Source of the DNA: Phoronis australis
Lineage: Eukaryota > Animalia > Phoronida
Reading direction: 5' to 3'
NCBI GenBank assembly: GCA_002633005.1
Contig: NMRA01000038.1
Coordinates: forward strand, 705,329-769,328
Length of the DNA: 64,000 nucleotides
Shown here piece by piece: positions 45,870 through 60,430 of this stretch. Position 1 is the first letter of the stretch, and every line of letters begins with the position of its first letter. The notes beneath the pieces are model-generated. The model worked only from the letters and a program-made list of their open reading frames with translations. It was not told the origin of the DNA and searched no databases. The position numbers and the translations under genes were made by a program.

Positions 45870-47310
45870 TTTTAACCGGAATGCATGTGACGTTTGAGGG
45901 TAACAAAATACATGGAGATAATATTCCGGCAGTGAAAAGGGAATAGCAAGAATCAGCTGATGATCTGGTCACTGAAATGTAATGTGGTGATAACAAATAC
46001 CTGGAGATGAATCACGTCAATCAAGAAGGGCCAGGGGCAAGAACCTACCCCAACGGCTGACAGCGAAGATGCCAAACACGTCCTAAAGGATTTTACTGAA
46101 TTTCTCAAACCACCCATAAGAAGGGGATATCCTGACTAAGCATGACCAACCTACTGAACTTTTTCCTGCTATTCCCGTCTTGGCTGAACACCCGTTAGTA
46201 CCGCCAATTACCAACATCGAAAATAGACTTAAGCCAGCCTAAGGCTTGGTCATGGGACAGAGCGATGAAGTCAGGTTCCACGACTATGAAAACGTCGATT
46301 TTGAAGTCCAGGTACAGCGTTACAAAATTAACGTCCTGTTAAATTCTGATTTGGAAGAGAGGGACCCGTACGACACTCTAGATTGCAGCGATGAAGACAA
46401 GGCGAGAAATGATGTGAAGAAGAACCCAACGCTCAAGCTAGCCTTAAACCTAGAGGATTCGTAGATGTTGATGATGAAGAACCATTAATAATAGACGAAT
46501 TGTATAATAAGTAGGTCGTGCCAGTTATTGAGGAAGTCTTAGATGAATTTTTCAATTTTGACGAGAGTAGTGAAGAGGATGATCGTTCTGGATACTACAG
46601 CACTGCAAAAAAGACGTAGAGTAACGGCGTCTTTGTGGAAGACAAACAATTACTCACCCCTTCTCACCTTCAGGATACGAGAAAAACCTTTTAACCGGAA
46701 TGCCTGTGACGTTTGAGGCTTTCAAAATGTATGGAAACGGCAAAAGGAGAACTGGGAGAATCGACCCCAACGGCTGACAACAAAGACGCCCCGGATCAAC
46801 ACGCCGTTGCTCCTATTCCAGTTTTGGCTACACTCACGATAACACCGCCTATTAACGATGTCGAGAACGGAACACTCATGCAGTCTCTAACAGTAACAAC
46901 CATATTGGTCGCGAGGTCCTACCCAGCAATATCAATCGCTTTGGGCATACTGATTTAGAAGGAAAGGTCCACCATAACATACCTCATTATTATAATGAAA
47001 ACAAGACGATCATGGACGACCTGCGACATATGGGGATAACATAATACATGGAGATGACATTCCGCCAATGAAAGGCCAGTGGCGAGAATCGACCCCAACG
47101 GCTAATAGCAAAGATGCCAAACAAGTCCTGCAGGATCTCATGGAATTTATATAAATCCGCCCTAGATATCCTGACTACGTATGACCGATCTACTGAATTT
47201 GTTGTTGCTATTCCCGTCGCAGCGGAACTCCAGGTAGCACCGCCATGCCTAAAATACACTTGAGCCAGTTCTAGGTTCATGGGAGAGAGCGATAAAGTTG
47301 CATTCCACAT
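45870..47310 (+). repeat. Degenerate dispersed direct repeats of coding-like sequence
   Basis: Recurrent blocks ttaaccggaatgc.tgtgacgtttgagg (45872, 46691), accccaacggct (46047, 46764, 47092) and tgctattcccgtc. Confidence 0.65.
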
Positions 47311-47324
47311 TTAATGATTAAAAA

Positions 47325-48226
47325 ATAGACGTCCTAGTGAAAAATGGAAAACATCTTTTGAAAGCCCTTTCAAAAGTCTATCTCACAGTGTAGTTGCACA
47401 AAAATTGACAAAACTGAAACATTTTCAATTTTTGTATTTTTGGAAACTGAATGACAAATAACTAAAAAACAGTAAGTCTGAGAAAAAATCGTAACAGTTC
47501 ATTTGAAAGAGTATACCTCAAACAATCCACATGCAAAAATCCACGTCCACCCCTCTTCCTGTTCAAAATGACACCAGAGCACTATTGAAAATGGACAGAA
47601 ATGCGCCGAATCCATTTTGAAAACAACTTCCGATTAAGCAGAACCTGATAATACCTACTCAAAAGAAACTAACGCATGAAAAATTTCAAAGCAATTGGTT
47701 CGACAATGCGTCCTCTACAGGACAAAATGTTTTCGTTCTAAAATCGATGACCCCCAAACGCAATGGTTGATACCTCCGCCATCTTTAACCGGAAGTAAAT
47801 TATATAATACACAACTTTAGTACACGTCTGCTACAATAATCGATAGGCGTTCCAGTTATTCTAGGACTGGAGACTGTGTGTGGTCAACATACTTGGCCAA
47901 AATATTTCGGCAAGTAAAAACAAAAAAAAATACAAATTTTATATAATACACAACTTTAGTACACGTCTGCTACAATAATCGTACCGTCTAAGTCAAAAAT
48001 TGCGCCTCTATGAACATTTGAATCTGATTTCGAAAACAGAATGGCCGCCACGTCCGCCATTTTGAATCTTATCGGGACGAAAAACGATAGGAGTTCCAAT
48101 TATTCTAGAACTGGAGACTGTGTGGGGTCAACATACTTGGCCGAAATATTTCGGCAAGTAAAAACAAAAAATTACAAATTTTGTGACAAAGTAACATACT
48201 TGGTGAAATTTCATTTCACCAAGTAT
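47325..48226. mobile_element. Possible Helentron/HINE-like non-autonomous element with internal tandem duplication
   Basis: 3' short hairpin ggtgaaat-ttc-atttcacc; duplicated blocks at 47801/47940 and 47857/48101; atggccgcc...gccattttg motif. Confidence 0.4.
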
Positions 48227-51200
48227 TGACTACTTCTCCCAGAATTTCGTGGACTTGGGAAGCCACCAGATGTGTTACATCCTCGTCGCTATCCGAAAAA
48301 AATCACGCCGTCATCGACAAAAAGCAGTTCTCTTATATCTGTACGACCGCCAGTATACATCATGCTCTCACCAACCCAACAACCGTTAGCATATATCATA
48401 TCTTTCTGCGTTGTGAAGACGGCATCCTCCCGTCTTTTATCAACAATAACACCATACTTCCATTAGTCATGAAGCGTCTGGACGCGTGCAATAAACTTCG
48501 ATCTTAGAATGAACACATAGTCGTCGTTCAGTCAACAGTCGCTTAATTCGTTCAAGAATTGGAGCTTATCACTTGAATGATATTTTGTCACCTCCAAGTT
48601 GTCTTCGGCACTACCTTTACCATGTACCGAACCAAGCGTCTGCTAGTTCCACAATAGCTCTCTACAACTCTATATTCCACCCTGTGACCGACTGTCAGAT
48701 CATTTTTTTCTTCTGTATAGGACCAACTTACCAGTTTCATATCAAAGCTGCACTTTGTACTCTAACTCGTCGGCAGTAAGCGTATTAATTGTTTTAACAA
48801 GAACACCGCTGCCTTGGCCATTAGACTCGTCAATTCTCACTACCTCACGTTTGTCCTCGCTCAAGCCAGCGTCGGTTAATGATATTTTTCTACTTAGGAC
48901 TCGCAAAAATTAAAACATACGTGTCCAAAACCCGACTGTAGAAATATGTCAGATTGCACTCCTCATCATCATCCTGCTGGACGTGAGACTCACATGCACC
49001 GCTCCCTTTCTCAGGCTTGAATTCATCTCCTTGGCAACCTATTTTTCCGTACTGATCCTCTAGCTTCAAACTCCTCGCCGGGCTCAGTTCTACTAATATT
49101 ACCTTGGACGCCATTAGCCTCAAACGTCTCTACTACATCAACAGCTCTTCTGTGATGAAATCAATTCCCAATTTGATTTCCTTTGTCATCCGTTTTGTCT
49201 CCATTCTGGGTTACGTGACAATCGTTTGCACTACACTTCTCGCTAAGCTTGATGTCGTCTCCGTGGCCATCGATGTATCCACATTGCCATAATTTACCTC
49301 GCCGAGCTAAACATTATGTTCGCTTCGAGGACTCCACTGAACTCAAATAGGTACACCACTCTTCTCCGAGGATAACAATTCCCAATCTGATCCCCGTTGT
49401 CACCCGTTTCGTCTCCATTCTGGTCGACGTGACAATCATTGACACCACACACTTTCTAAAGATAGATCCCATCCTCATGGACATCTATTGTACCACACGG
49501 ATCCTTTCCTCACAATCTTCACAAGAATCAGTTGTGTGAACCTTATATTCTAAGCGAGTGCCAACATAAGCCTCAAATTTTTTTCCTCATAACACTCACT
49601 CTTATCCCTGCTTCCATCGCTACACATAAATGATCGTTAAAACGTCGTAAATATAGTTTTTAGTACTGGGGCCCGTTCCAAGAAAACTGTCCTAGCTAAG
49701 ACAATTCTAAATCTTACGTCAATTTTAAGACAAGTCACAAGTTTGTCTTATGTCCATTCCAAGAAAGTAAGTTCGTCTTAAGTTTTTGACTTATGTTTTG
49801 TCTTAAGTTTGACGTAGCTTACCGGATGTAGATGTTTCAAAGCTTGGAGGTGGACAAAGAAGCACTTTCACAGCCGAGCTATCTTGCTTGGTTGCTGGTA
49901 TGATCGAATGTTATGACTATAGACATTTTAATACTGTGGTGTCTATGATAATGACATTATGTCATCGAAATTTTCCAACTCGGTCACATAAAGCGTCAAG
50001 CGTCACATTTGGCTTTAAATAGCATCAAGGTTAGTGTACTAAACTGACTCACCAAGACCGCAGGCCCTGGCCTTGTCACCAGCTCCACCACGGCCAACCC
50101 TTGATCAAGAACGCCCAGACGGCGAATCGAGAATGAAACTTGGCGCGAGAAGCGAAGCCGGACAAGGTGTTACACACTGAGGAAGGACAGGTAGAAGTTT
50201 AGGCCAGTGTCTCTACCAGTTATTGCTGACGAGATTACGTCTATCAATGAAAAACCCATGCCCTTGCTCACGATTAGTAGATGCCGACAACAACGTTCGA
50301 GAGGAGTTCCTAGCAGTAGCCTGCAGAGGTTTGGTGGAGCCCAGGGCGACTTTTTATTGGATGCCCCTCTCTCTACTCAAACGCACGAACCCTTGTACTA
50401 TGATAAGTAAAAAATGGAACATTTAAAACAGAAACTTTATTCAATTTAATTAAAAATCGCTCATCATTTCAAAAATTTTATTTATCCATTGAATGCCCCC
50501 ATGTGGATGCCTGAGGCCCTAGTCCCGTTGCCCCCCTTTCTGCAAGCTACTGATTATTGGTAATAGTCTTACGCGGAATACAGCGGGCCAACCGGTAGTT
50601 GCATACATTGTGGGCCAATTGGATAGGCCCGGTGAGGCTAAGGATATGATGGGGCGGCAAATATAACTGATGACAACTTTAGCGTCAGGGCAATCCCACG
50701 CGAACACGCTCTTAGAGTTACATGTATATACACATATTACATCGGGAATTGCCTAAATCCAGTTATAGGCTGTTCGCACTCAATACAGGTAATCAGAAAC
50801 ACCTTGCCAAAAAAGTAAACTCCTTTGTCCACTTTTTCATGAGCAGTCCAAAGAGAGAAATTTCCCGAATGAAGTATATAAATACAAAGATTCTGAAAAA
50901 TATTCTTTTTATGTGTGCCATTCCGTACTCGTTGTGCGGCGACAAGGCACGATGCTTGCACGTTCATGCGAGTAAGTATGAGCAGGGTGCTAGTGGCACT
51001 GATGCATGTTGACTGCAACTCAGACAAGCAGACTTTTTAGTTGTCTGTGACTACAAAAATGAGATAGTTATTGACAGCGTTTTGAGAAGACAAATCCCTG
51101 GAAGATGGAATTTGGAAGCGTATTAACCTGATTTGTTTCTCGCCATATCAATGCGCAAAGTACTGAAAGTTTAACTTACAACACGTAAATTGAGTTGAAT

Positions 51201-51394
51201 GTACTGCGAATTTGTCTTTTGTTGCGTTTCTCTGATTGACAATAGTGAATTGAAAACTTATTGTGTCGTTCACTGCTTAAGGCTGCTCCCAAAAAATACA
51301 GGGTCGATGCCAATTTTTGCTAAATGCAATCAAGAGATTCACTGTTTTAGAAATTCGAACCACCCTTGCGGTATCCTGGCTACGGGCCTGTGCA

Positions 51395-52968
51395 CTGTCA
51401 CTGTGTTTTATTGCAATGTGGCGATTTTTTACTCAGCGAAGCTCCACAACATACACACAGTCCCTTGCCACATGCACCAGTTATACTACTCTTTTTTGAA
51501 AGTGTGAACGTTTTAAAGCATTAAGATACCCTGAAAGATTCGTCTTGTGGCAGCAGTTCAACTGAAAAAAAAATCAAACGCATTTAGTTACATTTGTTAG
51601 GCTAAACCCTCACAAAGAAATCATGAAAAACGGTAAAATATAATTAACAATCAACCCATCAACTAATTCAGGTCCGTATTATTCTAAAATTATTGGCATA
51701 GCACCGTAACTTGAACAACTATTCAGGCCATTGCAATGCAGGAAAAAAATGCGTTCACGATCGCTTTTTTGCGTTCACGATCACCGTAGAGATCACCATA
51801 GAAAATTAACGACTTCGTTCCCGATCGCCGTTGGATTGTTCTAAAACCCCCTCGACTCCCACACCACTCGACCCACTTAACCCACCATCTGTTTCAATAG
51901 AGGTATTTTTGCGCTTTTTACATATGTCATAATCTTAATACGTCTCTGAGTGACTTTCCTTTAAGACTTAAATGCTGTCACGTGGTTGAACAGAGAGGTC
52001 GACGATCATTTGCCAAAATAAAAGCAAAAGAAAAGCACATTCACGTAAGAAAATCGAAGACTTTTATGAAAAAGCTCCGAACAACTGCTGGGGTGTTGTC
52101 TGAGATAAAATCAGTGTAATTCTCATTTGAAAGGTGGGCATTTCATCATGGTTCATGCTCACCTCGGCCAACCCGCGATCGAGAACGCCCGGAAGGCGAT
52201 CGAGAACGAGACCTTGCACCAAAAAATGGCAGACGACGGTGACGTACCCGGTGATTTTAAGTGTCATCTCTACTTAAATAGAGGCCACTTTGGCACCAAT
52301 ACGACAGCATCAGCGTGTAGCTTCTGTTGTGGATCTGAAATAACACTTGGCTTTTGCTTGTTTTTAAAATAAAGTGCCCAGAAAGCAATGGCTTTCGGTA
52401 AAATGCCTTGCGCCACGTAAAAAATTTCTACTTGTTATTAGCAATCCCAGGGTTCTTAAGTAGAGACGTGTGACTTTTGTAGTTAAATCGTCCCTGGTGA
52501 CACCTTTGTTAGTTATGATTTGTGAAACAATTAGAGATATTTACCAATACAAGCGGGTCTTTGTGTGAGACGGCGATTGGGAACGAAGTCGTTAATTCTC
52601 TGTGGGGATCGTGAACGCATATTTTCTCTACATTGGCCTGAATAGTCGTTCAAGTTACGGTATTATGTCAATAATTTTAGAATAATACGGAGCCTGAATT
52701 AGTTGATGGGTTGATTTTTATTATATTTCATGATTTCTTTGTGAGATTTAGACTAACAGACATCACTGATTGCGTTTGATTTTTTTCAGTTGAACTGTAG
52801 CCACACGGCGAGTCCTTCAGGGTGTTAAAGTCACTCTTCAAAAAAGAGTAGTACAACTGCTGCATGTCACAAAGGAGTGTGTATGTATGTTGTGGAGCTT
52901 CGTTCAAGAACTAAAGAAATCGACTTAGTATATGACCACATGGCAATAAAACACAGTGAGAATACAGC
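51395..52968. repeat. Large inverted repeat / foldback-like element (arms about 51395-51831 and 52570-52968)
   Basis: For example aatcaacccatcaactaattcagg vs cctgaattagttgatgggttgatt, and aattaacgacttcgttccc vs gggaacgaagtcgttaatt. Confidence 0.85.
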
Positions 52969-53667
52969 AAATAAGACCTTTACCAGCTCTTTGATTGACG
53001 CGTTGCATGCATCAAGAATTTTTTATCGATATAGCAAAACACAACATGAAGCATCGTGCTCAGGAATCAAGACGAATCACTGAGTGTCCCATCTGTGATC
53101 AATGTTTTGCGAAAAGAGTGAGCCTGATAAATTGCGTCACAGCACGAGGACACTCCTTTTTGTGATGAATGGCATATCATGCAAACAGCATGCTTCCTTC
53201 TGTAGGCATAAGAAGTAGAAACGTCTTGAATGAAATCATCAAGTCCAGTGGTGAAGGTTGTTAAGTCACTATAGTTTATTCAGATTTACAGAGTTTATGG
53301 TTGGTACTTGTCTGATGCGATAGCATTTTGACGTTTTGTTTTGAACCTTTTTTCCTCAAGTTTCTTTCTATACTTGTGTTATTTCAACGGTATCTTTAAC
53401 AGAACCAGTAAATTGGTTTTAAGCCTTTTTTGTTTTTGAAGTTCCCCTGTGATGGAATTTGAGTTGCGGCAAATGGTTAATTGTGGTGACAAGACATATA
53501 CGGTATATTTCTTTGAGCACTGTTAAATGTAAATGACAGTGACAATCTCCTTAAGTTTCTAGTGGGCTCAACATTGTTTCCATCATCAGCTTGGTCTTCT
53601 TCTTTCTTAAGAGCTCTTTCAATTTTTGTTATATCCGTAGTGTCTGTAACACTACTTATGATAGAAG

Positions 53668-53930
53668 CATGCGCGCAACAAGCCTAAAAATGGGGGGCTC
53701 GAATTTTTGAGAATGTGGACATTTATTAAGATTGACGGGATACTTCAGAGCTACGAATTGTGTGTTCGCCGAATTTTGGTAGTTCCTGCCTTCTAAGTGA
53801 ACTTTTGTCTCGTTTTCTACTTTTTTCGGAGTTTTTGTTTCTCTGAGGCGGACCTTTTTACTCACTTTATCAAATGGGGGAGGTTCGTTCAAGCGACCCG
53901 AGCCCCGCCCCCTGGCTGACTGCACGCATG
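53668..53930. mobile_element. MITE (CATGCGCGCA family), TSD agaag/acaag
   Basis: Similar to 6560-6774 along its length. Confidence 0.75.
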
Positions 53931-56900
53931 ACAAGAGCTCTGTTTTTTCACAAAAACTTTAAAAAATTATCACCAATGATACTTCACTTGCATTTAATGT
54001 TGACACATTTCATTGCAGTAGCCTTAAACCAGGTAATATCTGAAAATTCCAGCTCAAAAATTTGAGCAAAATCTGAGACATGAATGCAACAAGGGGCAAA
54101 CATCTTGCCAGTCTATTGTGAAGTCGTACACTTGTTCAATAATTCATGGTTTCAGCAAAGTCCTAGCTGGCCCAAAACTGTTCTTTGCGAAAGACAAAAT
54201 GATTCAGGAATATTCTAAGAATTGTTTCAGTACTATGATGTCGTGGCTACCTGACTTGACTTTCCTCAATTCCTAACTGCTGCCTGCTGGTTTTTGAGCC
54301 TTGGCCCTTGTCTCGTTATTAGGACTGGTCTTAATTTCCTGTAAAGACCCTAACTAGCTCTCATTGTGGATATACTGTATGCCTCCATAACGAAACGTTT
54401 TCGTTGGATTTGAGTTAGATTTTGGCTGATTTTACTGACCGGTGGAGCGATGGTTTTGTGCATACATTTATGCACAGTGGAGTGAGAAATAATGCCAAGC
54501 TCTCCAGTGTTAATTCTACACCAGATTACATCGTCTTAACTTCATTTTAGAAAAATGTGATTACAGGAGTTGATTTCTAAAAAAAGCGTTTCTTGCAACT
54601 ACATACATGTATTAATGCAATCTATTGAAATCAAACGACTCCATGGTTTACAGTAAAACTTTGCATAAATTCTTGTAACCTCATAACGGTTATCCAAAGT
54701 GGAACAGCGTGGAATTGAACGCAAAAATGAACTTGAGAGCGCCTCACGTAGCGTAGTGTTTGCAGTCGAAGGGACTTGTTTACTTTACTTTTGTGCGCAC
54801 AGGCAAGAGAGTTATGGCATATAGATGGCGCTACCTGCATTTATTTGTCCGCCATATTTTTTGGCTCTAAGGGGCTCAGAACGGTTCTCACCGGGTTTTG
54901 CCAGCAAAACACACATAACTGAATTTGTCACCTTTTCTTCACTCCGTCGAAAACTGGATGCAAACAATGACATGTTTTCAGTTATTTCACATAAAAAGCC
55001 TTGCAGATGAGCACAGAAACTTTATTGTGTCTCGTAGTTGTGGCCCTTGTGGCAACGAAAGAAGGGGCAAAAAGCCCAGAATTGGCACTTTTCAACCCAA
55101 AACACCACTTCCCTGCCGATGCACGACTAAAGCCAACATCAGATTCTGAAAGCAAATTTCCAACCAATTTCGAAAATGTGCTTCAAAAGTACTGTCAGTC
55201 GTGTAGTTTTTTGGTAGTTCTGGTGTATTTGAGGGCTACTTGAAATCGCAGCCAATTTCTAAATCGCTACCCAGAAATGCACAATTGCAACCGGGGGCCG
55301 TCATCTTTAAGAAGAGTGCAGCTGCAGCCAAGCAATTGGTCTTTTTTCATTTTCAACATGTTCACAAACACAAACAAAGCACATTCACTGAGCCTACATT
55401 AAATACCTTCCTCCAAAATTCCCCCAACTTTGGCCTACCCCTAAATTTCAATATTTTGGGAGTGCAAATTGGCCGTGGCAGCAGTTAACTGTTCAGTGCC
55501 ACCTAAGTTCCACATCAGATCAAATTTAGCCACTGGCTTGAACCTCGATGACACATTCGAGCAAGCTGCGTCAACTTCACTTTACGAGCTATCATGCATT
55601 ACATGAGACACATAAGTGCGTGGCCACAACCAGTGACCAGAACCTGTAGCGTCTAGTAGACTAGACTGTACCACCTTCTCAACAAGCCGCAGTAGAGACC
55701 GTGACCATCTCATAGTCCCTTCATATGCCTCACACTGATTAAACGATCGCAATCATGTTGATATAAAAACTTTTTGCGCATAGAAGGCCACCTTAGAAGG
55801 CCGTTGGCATCTTCAACTCTTCCCAGCTCTAACAAATAGTTCCGCAATCAAACCTTTTTCGAATAGTCATTCGTGAAGTTGCCAAAATCGGCAGCTGGCC
55901 GTTTTTACACTGCTTGTGCCAGGAGATGTGACGTCAAATTCCCTCGCGAACAAGTTTATTTTTGACTAAAATCTAATATTTGTCTCAGCTTCCAAACTTT
56001 GAAACGTCCACATCCGGTAAGTTAGTCGAACTTGAAAGAAACCTTAAGTAAAAAACTTAAGAAGTGCAGTACACTTATTACCAGGCAAAAATCCGTGCAG
56101 GGGTGATACACCCTATGGGACGGATTTGGATCATAAGCATTTTTGTTTACTTTCTTATGGTAATTACTAAAATGCACTTTAAACAAATTCTATCGCGTTA
56201 GATAGCTTAAAAGTTGGGTACCTGAGTTTTCACTGAAAACAACTAACAGAACTCACCCCAATAATCTCAGATTTTGTGACATTGTAAGTAATTACAGAAG
56301 GTACTAGAAAATGAAATACCTACTGTTTTGTAAAAAGTCACCCAATGTCTTTGTAAAAATGAAAAATAAGTGTCAAGTTGCACCTTAAATTCCACATTTC
56401 GGGTTTGAAGGGTCATGGGGTCATACAAGCAGAAAACATAGAAAACTTGCCCGGATTTGAATGAGTCAATCTCAACTGAAGCCAAATGTTACACTTTGAA
56501 ACTTAATTGTGAGTTTGATCTATCTTAATAGAATAGATATGACATCAAAACCACCGGCAAACACATGTCTTCTTATAGTAATGAGCAATTGTTCAAAGCC
56601 ACCTCAGCCAAAGTGAGCACTTGTGACAATAGCTACTAGTCATCGAAAATGTTGAGTTTTGAGATCTAAAATGCTCAAACGGTTGTTAAATTTTTTGCAT
56701 TTATTTCTTAGCAAATCAAATTCAATAAAATTAGTTTGTTTTTTTTACTGTGAATTACCATTTTGATGAAAAGCTCTTCAGTTGTCTCTAATATCACTGA
56801 AGAAAAAATGGCTGCTGAAGTGGGTGAAGTAGCTAATATAGTGTGTGGCATCATTATATGTGGAGCTTCAAAGGAATACTGAAACCATGCAGCAAGCAAT

Positions 56901-56989
56901 TGAAGCACTAACTGATTGAAACAAGTCCATAGCAAGCCATTTGAAATATGTTAAAATCACCGACCCAGTCCCGTTCAGTGACAGTGCTG

Positions 56990-59520
56990 AAACTGAAAGC
57001 GGCAGCTGATTCTTGCCAGAGTCAGAGTGGGCTTGTTTACAACAGTTTGCTCCCAGAGTGTTTGTTGAAATCATCAAGCTCAGCATGGAATCAGATGGAG
57101 GCCTAGTAAAAGATATGTGCCCACCTTCAACATCAGAAAAGCTCTAAACCAAAGGCCAAGCTTGAGTTTGGAATGTAAGTAGAAATACAGTCAACAAAGA
57201 ATTTCTGGAAGAACGGAATGTATCTATTCCAGTTGGGTCAGGCAAGTTGTTATGCAGGTGCAGGTCATTAATGCTCTATACCTGTTAATAATGAAGTTAT
57301 TATATTCTTTGCTTTCTCAAGATTCTGACTATTGCCAGGAAGCAATTTAAATTTTAAAGAGCCACAAAGGGCACAACCCTACATGAAGTAATAGCGACAC
57401 TTGAGTACTAGAGTAATTTTAGTGTCTACTTCCAGTACAGGCTTGTATTAGTAAAACATTCTCTTTTTCTCCACATTTAGGGTTTGTCGAAATACATTCT
57501 ATTTTATGAATATGCATGTGTAAGAAGTGAAAATTTGGTGTCCATTATCAAAAGATTTAATTGAGCACTTGTCTCCTAGCTAGCCGACACCAGTTTCTCA
57601 TCTAATTCACCTGTTGTCACTTCTGATCGGCCACATTGCTCTATCTGTATTACCAGAGATATATAATTTTCCATACATGCATTGGAATCCCATTACAGTG
57701 GGGCCTAATTTAACATGGCTAAAGTAATAACAATGTTAGGGTCCCTAATAGCTGAAGCCTTCAATTTCAAGAATAACACTGGGGAAAAACATTTTGGGAT
57801 TCAAAATACAGCATTCTATTGGGAGTTGTGTTATGCCTACTTTCCATAAAATTCTATTGCAGGTTTATATGCAGGAATTGTAAGCGTTTACCAAAGAAGT
57901 TAGCCACTGTTGTTGAGTTTACTACAGAAAGAGTACTAGTAAGTAGTTAGTTAATGAATTGGAGTGTTGTTACACAAAACCTTTTTCTGAGATTCTTGGT
58001 TCCAGGATTAAGTGGATCTTGTCAACATTTAATGATCGCAAAACAGTAGTTGTAGTAGAAGATTTATATTTCAATTGTATTGTGGTTGCTTATGAACCTC
58101 GTACACAAATAAAAATGCCGTGCATTCAGCGGATTTTGCGTCTTGGAAGGTTTACTGCGCAATTTCTCCATAGTTACAGGAGTTGCTAACTACAAGGTTC
58201 GCTCATTGACTCAAATATAAACAGGGCTCGTGTGCTTGTAAACTGCACTTTGACGCAAAAACTGGTGACTGGCTCACAAACTCATCTGCTAGGAAACATT
58301 ACTGATAGACTGTAACACTGTCCTTGTATTTGCAGACATGACACTTTGTACGTATGCTGCATTTATTGTCTGTCAACCATGTCTCTCAGTCACAGTAGAT
58401 TTGGCTCCAAGAACTGTGATTTTTGGGTGCATAAGTTATGTTTTGTGAGTTTGGGCCAGAGCTTTTGAGTCAATGGATAGCGTTAACAGACCTTTAACTA
58501 TGTTTATGGTGAGGAAATATGTTCATAAATGCACAGTCTGTTTAGTTCTGTGCCAGTTATTTCACCATACCTGTCAACATTTGAAAATTCCTCTGAGAGG
58601 GAAGACTGCTTGTAATGAAAGCTTAGGTACTCCATGTAGGTCTTAAGATTTTTATAGTACTTTCCAAAGTTACTCCAGGTTGCGTTATTGACCACTGAGG
58701 CAAAGTTTGAAAGGTTCATTTGGCTAAAAATATTGAAGATGCATTGTATTCCTTTTAGCCTGAAAATCCTGTAAAACATAAAATTTTCTCAATCAGCATC
58801 TTGGCATGAAGAGTGTTGGATCTTATCTTAACTTTATGGCTTTTCGAAGCCGTTGCAATGCTATATATTGAAACTGATGGTTTTCCAGGTTTTAGAAGTG
58901 AACTCACATTTTGATTAATTGTCGACGCTTTTGTTTTGAGTGCTGCTTGCACACAATGAGGGTCGCACGCATATGTGAGTGGCCATCATACCAAGTTATT
59001 TTGAATGATGAAAATAAATTTTTTGGGGAAAGGCTGTTTATGGAAAATATAATTCTTGTGTTTACGGATTAAGTTGCATATAATTGTATTATTTACAGGC
59101 AAAATCTTCAAGTGGAGAAGAGGGGGGCCAGCCATCATTCTGGCTGCCCACGCCTTTGCCAAAGATCCATAAGTCGAATCAGTTTCTCACTGCTGCATCA
59201 GATGGAAGAGTCAACCCTGTTAGGTCCCAGCTTCTAAATATCATCGATGAATCTGCGGAAAGCTCCAAGAGATATTACGAACGGAAAGCCAGCGAAGCAT
59301 TATCTGTAACCCGTGAATTGCTCCTGGTCAGAGTGAGGTTCTGAACTAATGTCTCTCGCCTCAGCAGATTAAATTTTTCCCGTTTAGCAGCACTCAATCG
59401 TTCTGGGAAACTCGCACAGGTTGATGCCTTTGAAATGAAAAGTATCGCTGAGGAAGATCGTCGATTTGAACTGCGACAAAAGATTGTTGAGTCAATAGAA
59501 TTGGCGCAGTAGCGCATTTC
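56990..59520 (+). pseudogene. Possible decayed, intron-containing Sola-like transposase fragments
   Basis: Coding-like pieces ...EERNVSIPVGSG (about 57210-57242) and DGRVNPVRSQL...RYYERKASEAL...IAPGQSEVL (about 59200-59345). Family assignment is from memory only. Confidence 0.35.
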
Positions 59521-60120
59521 ATGTATACACGACTCAGAGACATTTGAAATGCAGTATGTCAAAAGTAGTCAGACAAAATGCTATTTCCATTTCGTGACGT
59601 GTAATCTGGGCTGACTAAAGATGTCTCATTGTACACCTAATTTGCTCGCATTTTGTAAATGTGACCACATTTGTTCTATTTACTTGATTTATGACGTGTA
59701 ATTTGCCTGCGTCCTATGTCAGCCTCAATGTAGTATTACTATTCTCTAAACTACTTTGGTGCTTGTTAAATGTTTGGCTATCTTATTATCGTTTTGCTAC
59801 ATAAGTACAGTATAACCTGCTCTGCTGGGTCTCTATGACTAACATAATAAACAATAATTTAAATCAGGACAGTTTTTAAATATTGCCCAACTTTGTTCCA
59901 AAATCTTTTTGCAGGATTACCCAAGTTTACCTATGTGAAGTCTGAATGTCTGTGTATTTTATTTTCATTTTGCTGCACATGCATTGTCTTATGATTTTTC
60001 AATGAAGTAGCTGACACTACAGGTATTAGTCTCGAGACTGCTGAATTTTTGGAGTCTGACTGATGTTAAGCACCAAACACCATTGCATACCCATCAGTGA
60101 GCATTATTACATACTAAACT

Positions 60121-60430
60121 CAGAGGCAGATCCAGGATTTTGAGTTAGGGGGTGGGGCACGGCACAGGAATAACCAGAATTTCGCCACATGCGCGGGCCC
60201 AGCCTAAAATGTAGGGATGCAGCGGTCTCGAATTTTTGGGTTTGTGGACTTAATACTAAAAAAAGTTAAACGGGGTTTGTTCAAGGCCTATGCATTGTGC
60301 ATTCGTCCCCCGAGCCCCCCTGGTGCGCGCATATGCTAGTCAGCAATTCCCACCCTGAACTGTCAAATGGTATCTGGAAGAATTTTAGGGGGGGACGGGC
60401 CCCTTGGCCCCCTCCCTAAATCTGCTACTG
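60121..60430. mobile_element. MITE (CAGWGGCRGAT termini) with 5-bp TSD AAACT
   Basis: aaact|cagaggcagatcc...aatctgctactg|aaact; truncated relative at about 35372-35533. Confidence 0.8.
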
